64,000 nt of DNA from Macrostomum lignano (lineage: Eukaryota). Below, in pieces: positions 1 to 12,498 of the stretch (position 1 is its first letter; every line of letters starts with the position of its first letter). Under the pieces are notes generated by a model. That model searched no databases and was not told the DNA's origin. It saw only the letters and a program-made list of their open reading frames with translations. The stretch lies in contig NIVC01001295.1 in NCBI GenBank assembly GCA_002269645.1, positions 62,001 to 126,000 of the forward strand, in the 5' to 3' direction. A program made the position numbers and the translations under genes.

Positions 1-945
1 TAGATGCATTGCATTATTTCCTGCGATAGCTTTTGCCAAGGACCTTTTAGGTACCAATTTACGCTCGCAAGTGTCTTTTTCAGTTTTTTGAGCGTCTGTC
101 TCAGATTCTTTGGCTACAGCCGTACAAGTTAAAACTATTTAACCGTGATAGCAATTATTGCTAGAAATTAAACATATTTTCACAATCTCGTTGATTCTGC
201 ACTTCGACAAATCCAGCAACCGTTTTAGTAACGTTTTGACTCTCGGTGGAGTGTACTGCATTGAGTGAACTGCAGTTTCGAAGCGTCTTCTTGCTAGCCC
301 TCAAACTAACGCATGCTGTGTTCAGTTCATATTAAAATACAAAGTACTCGTAGTTTGATTAACAAATTTTCCTGTTTCAGTAGTGAAAAAGCACAAGTCT
401 GCGTGTTTCTAAACTTATATTTTTGGCATGCGTTCCATCGGTAAATGATTTTGCCAAAGACAATTTCTGGGACGAATAAACTTTAAAGCAAAATTGGGGA
501 CTCAAAATTCTATAATACTCGTAGATTTCCGCGCAACGCTTTTCTCTCCGTAAACGAAACCTGACTGCTGACCAGCAAAGCCAGGGCATGCAGGCACTGC
601 AAGGTGCATTGGCCTCGCTGCTAACAAGCCTGCTGCAGCATATCAAGTGCAGAAGCACCGAACAGTGGAGTGAGAATGCGTACTGGAGGCGCAGGTACGA
701 GCGCTCTGTCTGCCATTCGCATCTGCATTTTCTCGTTCCCTTTCGGCAGGCTTGCACTGTGCTCGCGGTTAGATGGAGGCTTTTATTTTACTGTAGAAAT
801 TGATGCTCTTCATGAAACTAGAATAGGTGCGTCTATCTACTCAAGTCTAAGGCTGGAGTCCAAAGAAGCGACTCTACAATTGACGAGCTCTCGGCGGCTT
901 CAAACTTCGCTGGAAACGATAAAAAAGGGCATCGTAAACACCTGC
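1..945 (+). repeat. Interspersed repeat, copy 1 (probable non-autonomous transposon; left end outside the window)
   Basis: Reverse-complement similarity along its whole length to ~7165-8112, e.g. 21-50 ctgcgatagcttttgccaa vs ttggcaaaagctatcgcag and 880-930 vs 7185-7240. Diverged (roughly 80-85% by eye). ORFs in it are short and not conserved. Confidence 0.8.
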
Positions 946-1039
946 ATTACTATCGGAGGCGACAGCTTCTAAACAAAGGGTCGTATGAATAAAAAAAAAA
1001 TCTTATGCAAAATGCGAGAGGTTATTGTATCCTGTAGAA

Positions 1040-1629
1040 CAGGGGTCGGCAAAATTTTTACCTCCAGGGCCAGATAGAGAACCCAGCGCATGACTGCGGG
1101 CCAGAGGAGGGGAGAGAGGAGAGGGAATACAGGAAGAAGGAGAGATAATAAAAAAAGAGAGATGACGAGAGGAGAGAAGAGATCAAATAGGAGAGGAGAG
1201 AGGAGGAGGAGAGGAGATTAAAAAAGAGGAGAGGAGAGGAGAGGAGAGGAGAGGAGAGGAAGAGAGGAGAGGAGAGGAGAGGAGAAGAGAGGAAGAGAGG
1301 AGAGGAAAGGAGGGGAGAGGAGAGGAGAGGAGAGGTGAGGAGAGGAAGAGAGGAGAGGAGAGGAGATGAGAGGAGAGGTGAGGAGAGGAAGAGAGGAGAG
1401 GACAGGAGAGGAGATGAGAGGAGAGGTGAGGAGAGGAAGAGAGGAGAGGAGAGGAGATGAGAGGAGATGAGAGGAGAGGAGAGGAGAGGAGAGGAGAGAC
1501 ACAAGCTTAGAAGAGACGCAAACCTTGAGCGGGCCGGATTGCTATTGTGAAGTTTCAAAGGATACGATGCCGGATAGAGAGGCTTTGCAGGCCGCATGTA
1601 GGCTGCGGGCCGGAGTTCGCCGACCCCTG
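1040..1629. mobile_element. hAT-type MITE with 14-bp TIRs and 8-bp TSD
   Basis: TIRs CAGGGGTCGGCAAA (1040) and TTCGCCGACCCCTG (ending 1629), 13/14 match. Perfect 8-bp TSD CTGTAGAA at 1032-1039 and 1630-1637. 8-bp TSDs are characteristic of hAT. Confidence 0.92.
1105..1499. repeat. (GAGAG)n polypurine microsatellite inside the hAT MITE
   Basis: Direct reading of the sequence; explains the Leu/Ser/Pro ORFs 1058-1597 and 1218-1502. Confidence 0.95.
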
Positions 1630-1811
1630 CTGTAGAATAAAATGTAGGTTACACTATTTAATGTAAATCTAATAGTAGAACACCCGGGCTGCGGTTGTGA
1701 CGCAATGCCTGTTCAGCACAAATTCGAAAGTACTCCATGGTGACACTCCATTACCTGCTTCAATTTCATCTTCATATTTGTTTTATGACAGACCAGTCAA
1801 AACCAAACCAG

Positions 1812-2692
1812 AAATTGAATAAACCTACTCAGGAATTGATCAAACCTACTCAGGAATTGATCAAACCTACTCAGGAATTGATCAAACCTACTCAGGAATT
1901 AATCAAACCTACTCAGGAATTGATCAAACCTACTCAGGAATTAATCAAACCTACTCAGGAATTAATCAAACCTACTCAGGAATTGATCAAACCTACTCAG
2001 GAATTAATCAAACCTACTCAGGAATTGATCAAACCTACTCAGGAATTGATCAAACCTACTCAGGCATTGATCAAACCTACTCAGGAATTGATCAAACCTA
2101 CTCAGGAATTGATCAAACCTACTCAGGAATTGATCAAACCTACTCAGGAATTGATCAAACCTACTCAGGAATTGATCAAACCTACTCAGGAATTGATCAA
2201 ACCTACTCAGGAATTAATCAAACCTACTCAGGAATTGATCAAACCTACTCAGGAATTAATCAAACCTACTCAGGAATTGATCAAACCTACTCAGGAATTG
2301 ATCAAACCTACTCAGGCATTGATCAAACCTACTCAGGAATTGATCAAACCTACTCAGGAATTGATCAAACCTACTCAGGAATTGATCAAACCTACTCAGG
2401 AATTGATCAAACCTACTCAGGAATTGATCAAACCTACTCAGGAATTGATCAAACCTACTCAGGAATTGATCAAACCTACTCAGGAATTGATCAAACCTAC
2501 TCAGGAATTGATCAAACCTACTCAGGAATTGATCAAACCTACTCAGGAATTGATCAAACCTACTCAGGAATTGATCAAACCTACTCAGGAATTGATCAAA
2601 CCTACTCAGGAATTGATCAAACCTACTCAGTAATTGATCAAACCTACTTAGGAATTGATAAAACCTACTCAGGCATTGATTAAACCTACTCA
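1812..2692. repeat. 21-bp tandem minisatellite (AATTGATCAAACCTACTCAGG)n, about 42 copies
   Basis: Near-perfect head-to-tail units; the ELIKPTQ and SRFDQFL ORFs are translations of the unit. Confidence 0.97.
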
Positions 2693-3269
2693 AGAATCTC
2701 AAAGCTCGGACGGAAACCCTACCCATATTCAATCAAGCCTCTTATAAAGCTCTCAAATTCGCTAGTATAGATGGTACATTTAAACAGAGCTGGGCGAGGC
2801 AAAGTAAATAATTTAAACAATGAAAATAAGTCAAAGGCAAGTAAATAAAGTATACAGTGTAGGCAGAGAAAAAGCCGAGGCAAACAGAACAGTAGAAGGT
2901 CAAAGGCGAGTAAACAACGGAGACATAGCTAAAGCAGCATAAGACAAGTTTGCAGCAGCCGCTATCTATTCCAAGGTTGAAGACAAAGGCGAGGCGGCGA
3001 GCAGCTGGCTGGAGAATTGAAAGCAATTAGCGCGGCACGTGCCTGGGCTGGAGACCGACTGCGGGGAGGAGCCGGGCACACCCAAATCTGGAAATCAACC
3101 CCGAAGAGCGTGGGAACCGAAGAGTAGACGCACGAGCCGATGTGTGTGAAAGAGTGTGTGAAAGAGCAGCGGAAAGACTAAAAGACTGACCCCCTCCCCA
3201 ATCTGGCCTCCTCCCGCTAGCCACGTGCAGTCCACCCCGCCAGCGGTGGGAGACGAAAATATTCAATGT

Positions 3270-4050
3270 ACAAATATTATGAATATATTCCTCATCCCAA
3301 GCGGCGCCGACTCGGAGTTTTGGAAGAGCTTGGTCTAAGAACCGTTAAAACTTGTGTCCCAAAATTTGTTTGAATTAAAAGACGAGGGCTCACAACCGCT
3401 ATCTCTGTTGGGAGCCCTCTGAGTTAAAAAGATAGCAGTGCTAGTGAGATCAAGAGCGTAGTGCCGATAGAGAGGAACTTGCACTCATTTCATGGGGAAA
3501 CGAATCAATACAGTACCTGTCCGAGCGTTCGAGATTCGTTTTAGCTTGAAAACAGATGTATTTTTTCATCTTTAAGAATGAGGCCTTGGGATGGATTATT
3601 AATTCAAACGGACCAAAAAGTAAAGTCCCACGAAGCGGTCCAAGTCACTGCAAACAAGTATAGGTCTTGTGAAATATTTAATTTCTACTACTTACTGAGA
3701 GAAGTAGACGAATAAAGATTTGAATCGTAAAATCTCTCGCAAAAGCCGAATAAAGATTCGCCATAAAGGAAACGCTTTTGCACACTGAGAGCGGTGTGAG
3801 AGGATGGCGTGTGGCTGCGACTACTGACGATGGCAAACAGGCGAGGTTCCACCGAGACTTCTAGTTAGTCAACAGGTCCATCGTTCCAAAAAGGGAACAC
3901 TTATACAAAATTCATGGTAAGCATGTGGTGTACATCAAACTATTGATATAATACTCAGTCTTGAAGCTCTGGACTTTAATAGTTCCCCCCCCCCGATCTA
4001 ATCACCATCAATGAGACTTATTTAGATACAGACGTTTAACCATACAAATT
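3270..4050 (+). repeat. Interspersed repeat family, diverged copy (partner at ~13420-14140)
   Basis: Collinear shared blocks such as ttttggaagag...ggtct.agaaccgttaaaa, gtgctagtgagatcaagag, aaagtcccacgaagcggtccaagtcactgcaaaca and ttagatacagacg.ttaaccata. Confidence 0.8.
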
Positions 4051-6450
4051 AACAAATTGGGATTGGGATTGGGTCAGCAATTGGGATTACTGACCGGCCA
4101 GCCAGACACCCACCACCCGGCTTGATTGGGGTTTGGAGAGACTATATATGAAAGTATGTTTTTGGCGCGGTCAGATCCCACTTCTCCTTTTTGTGCTGGT
4201 TTTGTTCTCATCTCCCGGCCGTTTTGCCATCTGCCGCGCTTTGAGGCGCTTCTATCGAGTGGAGCCCCAGCCCATATTGTATTGCGTTGCCCGACCGCAG
4301 TAGCCTTGCTGGTGTAACATCTGCGACGACATCAGCTGTCGATTTGACACAGTACGCGACCTCGATCCCGAGGGCCCCATGCAGTGTTTCACTGAAATGC
4401 AAAAGTGGTAGGATTTGACCAGGGATTCGCTGAACTGTCAGTGTCCTCTGTCAGTGGCCGTCAGTGTCCTCTTCTGAGAGTAGGACCTTGGGGTTAGGCC
4501 AGGTGTGTAGGGAGCTTCTCCGCTAGTCTCGTGTTCTGGTTTCATCGTTTCACTTCTTCCAGCGCTGAGATCGGCTCATCGATTCGCGTTAATTATATTA
4601 CTATTATTTATCAGGTGCTAATCTGCGAATCGTATTGTTTAGATATGTGTGAATTTCAAGTTAATCGTGAGTACACGAGTCAAACCTATTATAAGCATCA
4701 GCCGTTCTATTAGAATAGGATTATCTTATCACTCAATCTAAATCTATCTGGAAGTGTGTTAAACCGTGTTATTCATTTACTTGTACCGTACCTGCGACTG
4801 GTGGAGAAATCTTGGTAGGACTCACCGACCGGCGATAGGCAAATAGTAATTAATAGCTTTAAAATCTCCGATCGCTGGGAATCCCCTGGGAATCCGACGA
4901 AAGGCACCTGGCCAGAGACTGCCCAGCTAGACGGAACTCTTTAAACTACCAACGGGTCGGCACCAAGGGAGGGTCAACCGCCCCCAACCACTGAATCGAT
5001 TCGCTCCCAATAGAAGAGCTGCAGCAGTAGAGGACCAGCAAGTCAGATCAGGGAATGTAGAATATGGTAATTTAGTCTGGTATAATTATTATAGAGGCTA
5101 CGGATTCCTACGAGATAGCAAAAATAGAGATACATGTATTTTCTTTCATGCAACTAACACTGATATTTTAAACGACTACAAAATTATGAACTTCCTGCGC
5201 CAGAGAGTAACAGTAAAATTTATCCGCGCCAACGATACTACTCATAGTAGGAAGCAGAGAGCAGTCGGTGTCAAAATTGTTCAAGAGAGGAACGAAGATT
5301 ATCAGAAATCGATAGACAGAAGTCAGCGAACTTAGCTAGACAGTCAGAGCTATCGACAGAAGAATTAGAGAAGCGAAGCGAAGCTGCGGTAGCCCAGAGA
5401 TGTGCGTTGAGCAGCATAGACTTGAGACCTAGTGAAGTCGAAGGAAAGAACGCTTCGACAGACGAATCAAAAGTAGCAAGAGAGCCATCAGATCTTAAAA
5501 ACGCATTGCAGGACTTGCGCCAATGGTTGGTTGGGAAAGTCCAAGCGGAGTCAGCGAAAGAAGAGCCAGACAAGAGTGCAACAAGAACTGAACTTGGAGC
5601 TGAACTTAGGGAAATGAAGCAGGAATTAAGAAAGTTAGAGACAGCCATCCAGCGAGATGTGGCAGCTAAGAAAGCAACAGAGAAGCAAGAGTCAGAGAAG
5701 AGCATAGAAGCAGAAATATCAAGTCAAGTAGTGAATTCCGGATTATTTCTCGACAGCCAGATCAACGGATTAAGCGAAAAGATTTTAGTTGACACCGGCG
5801 CCTCGAATTGTCTTATTGAAAATAAATTATATCAGCACCTCTATCCAGAAAACCTAGTCTGAAGCCATGCTCTGTAAATATGCGATCCGCAAATGGCCAG
5901 ATTTCAAACCTATTAGGCCAAGTGGCATTGCGCTTGCGCGTCAGATTTGGGGACTGCGAGATCACGCATCCATTCTATGTTGCTGAAGGCTTACTAACGT
6001 TAAAATTAAATTAGATATTGCGGGAAAATCCTTAGAATTCAGTGACTGAAGAATTTCGCTTGCAACATCGAGTGATAAAACGCGTTGCGTCCCTACTGAA
6101 AGTAATCAAGAAGATATCTATAGCACCGATGAGCGAAATTTATGTCAAGGCCAAATGTAAAGATATCCCAGGACCCAGACGCTGCAGAACTCGGCTTCAT
6201 CTCAGGCCGTCATCAATTTGGCGAGAAAGATGAGCCACTGGTAGCTACTGTTATGTAGCTAACAGATTTTTCTGTTATCTTCTGCCCACAAGCCAGAAAG
6301 ACTTTCTAACACACTGGCCTCTAAGGGCCCTGTTATGAGTGTGAGGCTCACATCTCCGAATCTCTCTCTCTGCCGAAAATTATTCAAGACAGTGTATTTT
6401 ATAGTCAAGCAAACAAACTGGTTTAGTTGACAAAATGAAGAGCAATGCAT
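4050..6450 (+). mobile_element. Decayed Ty3/Gypsy LTR retrotransposon remnant (LTR-like leader, gag C-terminus, frameshifted retropepsin)
   Basis: ORF 5407-5862 ends with ...EKILVDTGASNCLI (DTG aspartic protease motif). After a frameshift near 5860 the sequence reads PCSVNMRSANGQISNLLGQVALRLRVRFGDCEITHPFYVAEGLL, a typical retropepsin continuation. A PBS-like TGGTGGAGA lies at ~4800. No RT, integrase or 3' LTR seen; boundaries are approximate. Confidence 0.7.
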
Positions 6451-7044
6451 AGTTTGAGTGGGGCAGGGTTATCGCTCGAGCATTTTTCTCTGTCCTTTTG
6501 TTAGGCAACCATATCACCCCCAAGAATTGCTGCGAGTCCACTGTGTCACGCGTTCGCAATCTGCTGGCTTGGCCTTCGAACTTCAGCTTTTGTTATCTGT
6601 CCTTTAGTGTAGAGCTGGTCTGGCTGGATAGCACCAGTTGGGACGAGAGGAGGCCGTTGTTTTTTTTCGCTTCGATGTCAGCAAAATTCCAGTGCTTACA
6701 AGCTAAATCTATTACTAGATTAGACGAATCTGGTGAAGCCTTACGTTAGACTGATGAACCTGACAGAAGAGGCTCAGACGATTCATAAGGATGAGATAGT
6801 TGCGCAGAAGGAAGATGTAGAATAGATGTAGTAGATGTAGTAGTAGATGTAGTAGATAACCGCTGAAAGATGTAGAACTTTTTGCAATATCAGAAACTGA
6901 TTTAGAGACAGGTGCGCAAAAGCAACAGAAAGCAGCAGTCACGACGCAAAAAGTATTGTAGAAAGAATTAGAAAGCAATTCCGCTAAAACGAGACCGATT
7001 TAAGTGAGGCTCAGAATACAAAAGTAATTGAATTGTTACATCGT

Positions 7045-8112
7045 TACCATGCTCTTTCGCACACATCGGCTCGCGCGTCCACTCTTCAGTTCCCACGCTC
7101 TTCGGGGTTGATTGCCAGATTTTTGTGTGCCCGTCTCCAGCCCAGGCACGTGCCGCGCTCATTGCTCTTCTTCAGCTGTTTACGCTGCCTTTTTTAAGCG
7201 TTGAAAGCGAAGTTTGAAGCCGCCGAGAGCTCGTCAATTGTAGAGTCGTTTCTTTGGACTCCAGCCTTAGAATTGAGTAGATAGAGGCACCTATTCTAGT
7301 TTCAAGAAGAGCATCAATTTTACAGTAAAATAAAAGCCTCCATCTAAGCGCGAGCACAGTACAAGTCGGCCGAAAGGGAACGAGAGAATTCAGGTGCAAA
7401 TGGCAAACAGAATGCTACCTGTGACGCCCTCACGTATTACTCATTACACTGTTCGGTACTTCTGCACTTGATATGCTGCAGCAGGATGTTAGCAGCGAGT
7501 CCAATGCATCTTGTAGTGCCTGCCCTGGCTTCTCTGGTCAGCAATCAAGTTTCCTTTACGGGAAAAGCGTTGCGCGGAAATCTACGAGTATTTGAAAATT
7601 TAGAGTCCCAATTTTGCTTTAAATTTTTTTGTCCAAAAAGGCTTTGGCTAAAACATGTACCGATGGAATGCATGCCAAAAATATAAGTTGACATAACACG
7701 CGGACTTTTGCTTTTTCTCACTACTGAAATAGGAAAATTTGTTAATCAAACTACTGTGTATTTGAATTTGAACTGAACACAGCATGCGTTAGTTTGAGGG
7801 GTAGCAAGTAGACGCTTCGAAACTGCAGTTCACTCAATGCTGCAGTACTGAAAGCAAATCCACCGAGAATCATAAAGTTACTAAAACGGTAGCTGGATTT
7901 TTCGAAGTGCAGAATCATCGAGATTATGCGAAAATATAATATTTAATTTCTAGAAATAATTGTTATAATGCTAAGTAGTTTTAGCTTGTACGGCTGTAGC
8001 CAAAGAATCTGGGACACTCACGCACAAAACCGAAAAAGACACTTGCGAGCGTAAATTGATACCTCCAGCCTCTTTGGCAAAAGCTATCGCAGAAAATAAT
8101 GCAACCCATCTT
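7045..8112 (-). repeat. Interspersed repeat, inverted copy 2 (homologous to 1-945 plus 3020-3150)
   Basis: 7165-8112 matches 1-945 in reverse complement, and the adjoining 7045-7165 matches 3020-3150 (agcgcggcacgtgcctgggctggagac...aatcaaccccgaagagcgtgggaac). Confidence 0.8.
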
Positions 8113-8405
8113 AAATTAACAGTGGGAATTCAAACGAATCATATTTTCTCCAAAGAATCCAACAGAAGCGAACAATTACTCCCTGTCTGTACAGTCAGCT
8201 TGATAAATAAAACAAAACGGTAGTTCGCTCTCAAAATATTCCTAATCCAAGTGAGTTATAAAGCTTTGAATAAGAACACAATCTTAGCTCATACGAAATC
8301 GCAATTAGGCTTGCCTGTTCTCTGAACTACGAAATAAAAATACAAAGTTTTGGTCATTTCATATCACCACTAGGCTCATCTAAGTTCGGATGAGTCCAAA
8401 TTCCC

Positions 8406-10346
8406 TCACTCGGTAGATGACCTGTCAACCAGTACATTTATTGGATCCGAGATTTCCTTCTGCCCGTCAATTCCTTCTGGATTCAAAATTTTGCGTAGAA
8501 GATCCCGCATCTGGAGCTTCCTCTGCTTTGATCGTCCATATTTCTCAGCCTCTGCATTGTCCAAAGCGTACCGCAGTTCGAACACCATCTCGGTGCGCAT
8601 TAAGTACACGGTGCCCTTCTTCAGATCTTTTACAATCTCTGAAAACTCTTTGTGTCGCTCGCAATTTTTATCAGAGCTAAATCTACCTCTGACCTGCACT
8701 TTTTGAACTGGATTGTCAATGCAGAAATCGCAGTTGCAGTTGTGCAGCAGGATGTTGGCTGATTTTGATTTTGATTCGAATCTCATCGCCTTTTTCTCCG
8801 CATTCCACAAAGAACTCTGATTCTTTCCAGCCGTGTCGAAGAACTTTGGGCAGCAAAAGCAGACGCTCTTTACGCTGACTTTTGCTACAGACTTGCGACT
8901 GCTGTCCTCAATACTGAAGTCGAATTGTTTTGTAACACAGCGATACCGGAATTTCTTATCAAAGTAGTATTCTTCGTGAAAGCACAGTCGGCTTAGAGCA
9001 AAAAACTCACCGAGAAGCGCGGGAAGGTTATCTCGGTTATTTTTGCTACTATTGAGGAACATTTCAACGAAACAGGGGATCTCGACTGCCAGGCGTTTGG
9101 ACTCTAGGAATGCATCAGTCATTTCACTGATGATGAGGTACAGTAGGGCTGAGATTCTGCAATCCCTGTAGCCGTCTGGGACTTCCAAAATAGCCGAATG
9201 AGTTTCATTCTCTTCGTCTGGCTTTCGCTGCCTCTGCTCTTCATGCGGCTCCACCGTGTGCTCTGACTGCTGCTGGCTCTGCTCTGCATGCGACTCCACC
9301 GTGTGCTCTGACTGCTGCTGGCTCTGCTCTGCATGCGACTCCTCCGTGTGCTCTGACTGCTGCAGGCTCTGCTCTTCATGCGACTCCTCCGTGTGCTCTG
9401 ACTGCTGCAGGCTCTGCTCTGCATGCGACTCCTCCGTGTGCTCTGACTGCTGCTGGCTCTGCTCTGCATGCGACTCCACCGTGTGCTCTGACTGCTGCTG
9501 GCTCTGCTCTTCATGCGACTCCTCCGTGTGCTCTGACTGCTGCAGGCTCTGCTCTGCATGCGACTCCTCCGTGTGCTCTGACTGCTGCTGGCTCTGCTCT
9601 GCATGCGACTCCACCGTGTGCTCTGACTGCTGCTGGCTCTGCTCTTCATGCGGCTCCACCGTGTGCTCTGACTGCTGCTGGCTCTGCTCTGCATGCGACT
9701 CCACCGTGTGCTCTGACTGCTGCTGGCTCTGCTCTGCATGCGGCTCCACCGTGTGCTCTGACTGCTGCTGGCCGGCCTTGCCAGTCTGGGAATGCATCAA
9801 CCACAGACGCACGGAATCGTGGGTTCCATTTTGTCCCTTCAAAAGCAAATTTGAATCTACCGTCTGCAGGCATCGCAGCAGTGGTCGGCCGAAGTTTTGC
9901 TTGCTCAGTTCCTTACAATCACCTTCGCAGGCTCTCGTGAACCTGTCAAACAGGTTTACCAGTCTATTGTAAATAGCCTGTTGAGAATCTTTGAGGCAAG
10001 CATAGAGAAGTACTTCAATGGCGACGCGTCTAGTGAAGTATAATCGATCAGTAAAGTTCTCTGGCTCAAAGTTTAATTTTTTTCAGCTCTGAAATTGTTT
10101 TTAAATCTAACTCGGCTTGAATTTGCCGTGCAACACTAGAAGCCTGTGCTAAATTCATCTGGGCTTTGACAATAGACAGATGAACTCGGTCCTAAAATTC
10201 AGTAGACGTCGCAGCAAAGTTGCAGTTCAACCTATGAAAATCTTAGTAAGCAGTTTGTCGGTATACAACATTTCGAACTCTAATTCAGTGCCTTGCTTGG
10301 GTGCTTCAATGTACACAACTAAACTCTGTACAGTTAGCCATGGCAT
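8406..10346 (-). CDS. Uncharacterised orphan protein with ~12 copies of a 15-aa Glu/Gln/His repeat (EQSQQQSEHTVESHA); 5' end uncertain
   Basis: ORF 8406-9848 has a non-repetitive, Cys-containing ~250-aa C-terminus. The frame stays open upstream to ~10076 (NFEPENFTDRLYFTRRVAIEVLLYACLKD...), and beyond a T7 run at 10077-10083 it continues in another frame (DRVHLSIVKAQMNLAQ...). A possible ATG lies at 10346. No family recognised. Confidence 0.6.
9232..9775. repeat. 45-bp coding tandem repeat, about 12 copies
   Basis: Unit ctctgactgctgctggctctgctctgcatgcgactccaccgtgtg with few variants. Confidence 0.95.
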
Positions 10347-10677
10347 GTGCAATGTTCTTTTGCAACTTTTCACTGCCTAATGCTAAAGCTATCTATAGAG
10401 GACGTAATAGGCGGAAATTTTGGATCCAATGAAATGGCGATACAGCGATTTCATGCGCCTCTATCCCCTGGCCAGTGAGCGTTTCACATTCTGGATCGGA
10501 AAAACTTCGCGCATACCCGCGTAGCTTTTATTGGCAGGACAGTGCTGAGCTGATAGTCCCTAGTTAGCTGCTGAGAATTTGAGAGCTTAAACTTACAACA
10601 GTTACAGCAATTACATAACGTAGAAAAAATCATATTCAAAAAAGCATTGAAGCGACAAGGCTACAGAGAATTTAGGG

Positions 10678-12498
10678 ATGGCACTACAGCCATTATACAG
10701 CGAAGGATTTACCAAAGTTCTCGAATCATGTAAAATCATTTTAGGAGAGTTGTCCCCAGAGCTGAGGCAACCGGTCAAAACTCATGACGGGCCGTCGCTG
10801 AAGCTGTCTATAGAAGAAGACGATTCTCAGAGAGCAGTGCATCAGAGCAAAGAATCTTTCCACCTATTTTTTCGTAGAAGAGACGCTAATCAGAGCTCGC
10901 CAAGTCGACCAAGTTTGCAAACAAGGGATCACTCGCTGCTGTGGAATCCGGCACAATTTCCGATCACAGTAGAGATAAATGGATTCGCCTGTCATACCGA
11001 GGAATTCCAGGAATTGGAATTGACGCTCGAATTGCTTTTCTATGATTTGTGCAAATTCGCATCCGAGTGCGTCTGCGCATGCAGCATCAAAAGTCTGGCG
11101 ATTCAGTGTGATCCGGTGACCGGCGAGAGACTACTCGGCTTGAAGCTGAAGCCAGAAGACTGTGAGTATTTTCTTGCCTGCGGGTTTATGTTCTGTCACT
11201 TCTCGAGAGTTCCGGGAGTCTCCGAGGTGGGGGCAACACTGGATACAATTGACCAGCGATCATGCAGCCTCACTGTAAATCAAGGATCAATAACTCCGTT
11301 ATATTTAATGAATTACGAGCCAGACAGCCTCCAATTTGAAGAGGAATTCAAGCGCGCTTTGGATACAGGCGACAGCAAAAAAATACTTTGCATCATGTAC
11401 AACGAGTTAGAGCTCTGCAACTGGTACCTGAACAAAATCGGTCTCGAAATGCAGCGTCGGAGGCTACCGAATCACAGCACTTGCTGTCTGTCCATCCACT
11501 ATGAAGGTTCCAAAATGCGAATTCAAGTCGAGGGCTTTGATTGTGGTCGTCGTGGTACGAGTATGAGAAACTATTATAGCCAGCTGGATGGCACGGTAGA
11601 GGGCACTGGCGTCATGTGGGATGGAGGTCTCGATGTGTACAAGGATGATCAGTTTCTCTCTGCAGTCATAAGGCTTTGCGATGCTTCATCACGGAAGAAG
11701 GTTGATGCAAATTTTCGGCTTGACTGCGTGTTCGTACCTTGTCGCTCCACGCTACACGTGCTGGACTCATTGCGTCGCCATGAGAAGTAGGTTCATTGTT
11801 TTATTTTAGTATTTCACAATTCACTCAAGCTTTATTGAGTCTAAGACAAGATATGGACGAGACTCTCCACACTAATTTTAGGACCGAAAAATCTGCAGTA
11901 ACCACTGTCAAATCTGCGACCAAATTTTCTCTAAATCTGGTCAGTGCTTATGTCACGAGCTAGTACATTCTTACCCACTGACCATGCAGATGTTGATATT
12001 TTCGAAAGTCGCATGTTTTCTTGACCTTGAGCTCATGTTATCTCATTATTGAAATATTTTTTTCATTTACAGACCAGCATTCCTGCCGGCAGTCAACAAG
12101 ACTCCAAAGGCAAACGTGAAGATGCTGATTTCTTATTCCGAGAAGAATTTTGGGAGGCCATTCTGGCTGGGGAACTGGAAAGGGTAAGAGAGCTTCTCGG
12201 GTGTTCAACCGCGGAATCCATCGACACCGATGTCAAGTTCTCTCTGCTTCTGCTTGCTGTTGAGGAAGGCATGAGTGATATTGTCAAGCTGCTGCTCAAG
12301 AAAGGATACCCGGGCTGCTCCGAACAGATGGGGCCAATCGAGCTCAGAATTCTAGACGGTGCTTTGGAGTCCTGCGATCTGGAAACTCTCAAGCTGCTCA
12401 TCGGTCAACAGACGAAGCTGTTCGATGCAGACAGGCAGGAGTTTAAGCGGCTGTCAGTGAAACCTCGCGACTTAGGCCACCGGTTTGTCTATTCTTAA
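10678..12498 (+). CDS. Three-exon orphan gene (~530 aa) ending in an ankyrin-like repeat; exons 10678-11786, 11882-11939, 12073-12498
   Basis: 370-aa ORF with donor GTAGGT at 11787 (phase 2); acceptor ttttAG at 11881; a 58-nt exon restores phase 0; donor GTCAGT at 11940; acceptor tttacAG at 12072 in frame with ORF 12049-12498. That ORF contains LLLLAVEEGMSDIVKLLLKKG, matching the ankyrin consensus. Confidence 0.65.

Noticed and set aside
1737-2633. 298-aa ORF (ELIKPTQ)n as a protein-coding gene
   Set aside because: Purely the translation of a 21-bp satellite, with no unique coding flanks.
9256-9972. Cys-rich plus-strand ORF as a metallothionein or keratin-associated protein
   Set aside because: Antisense shadow of the 45-bp repeat; the minus-strand frame has long non-repetitive coding flanks.
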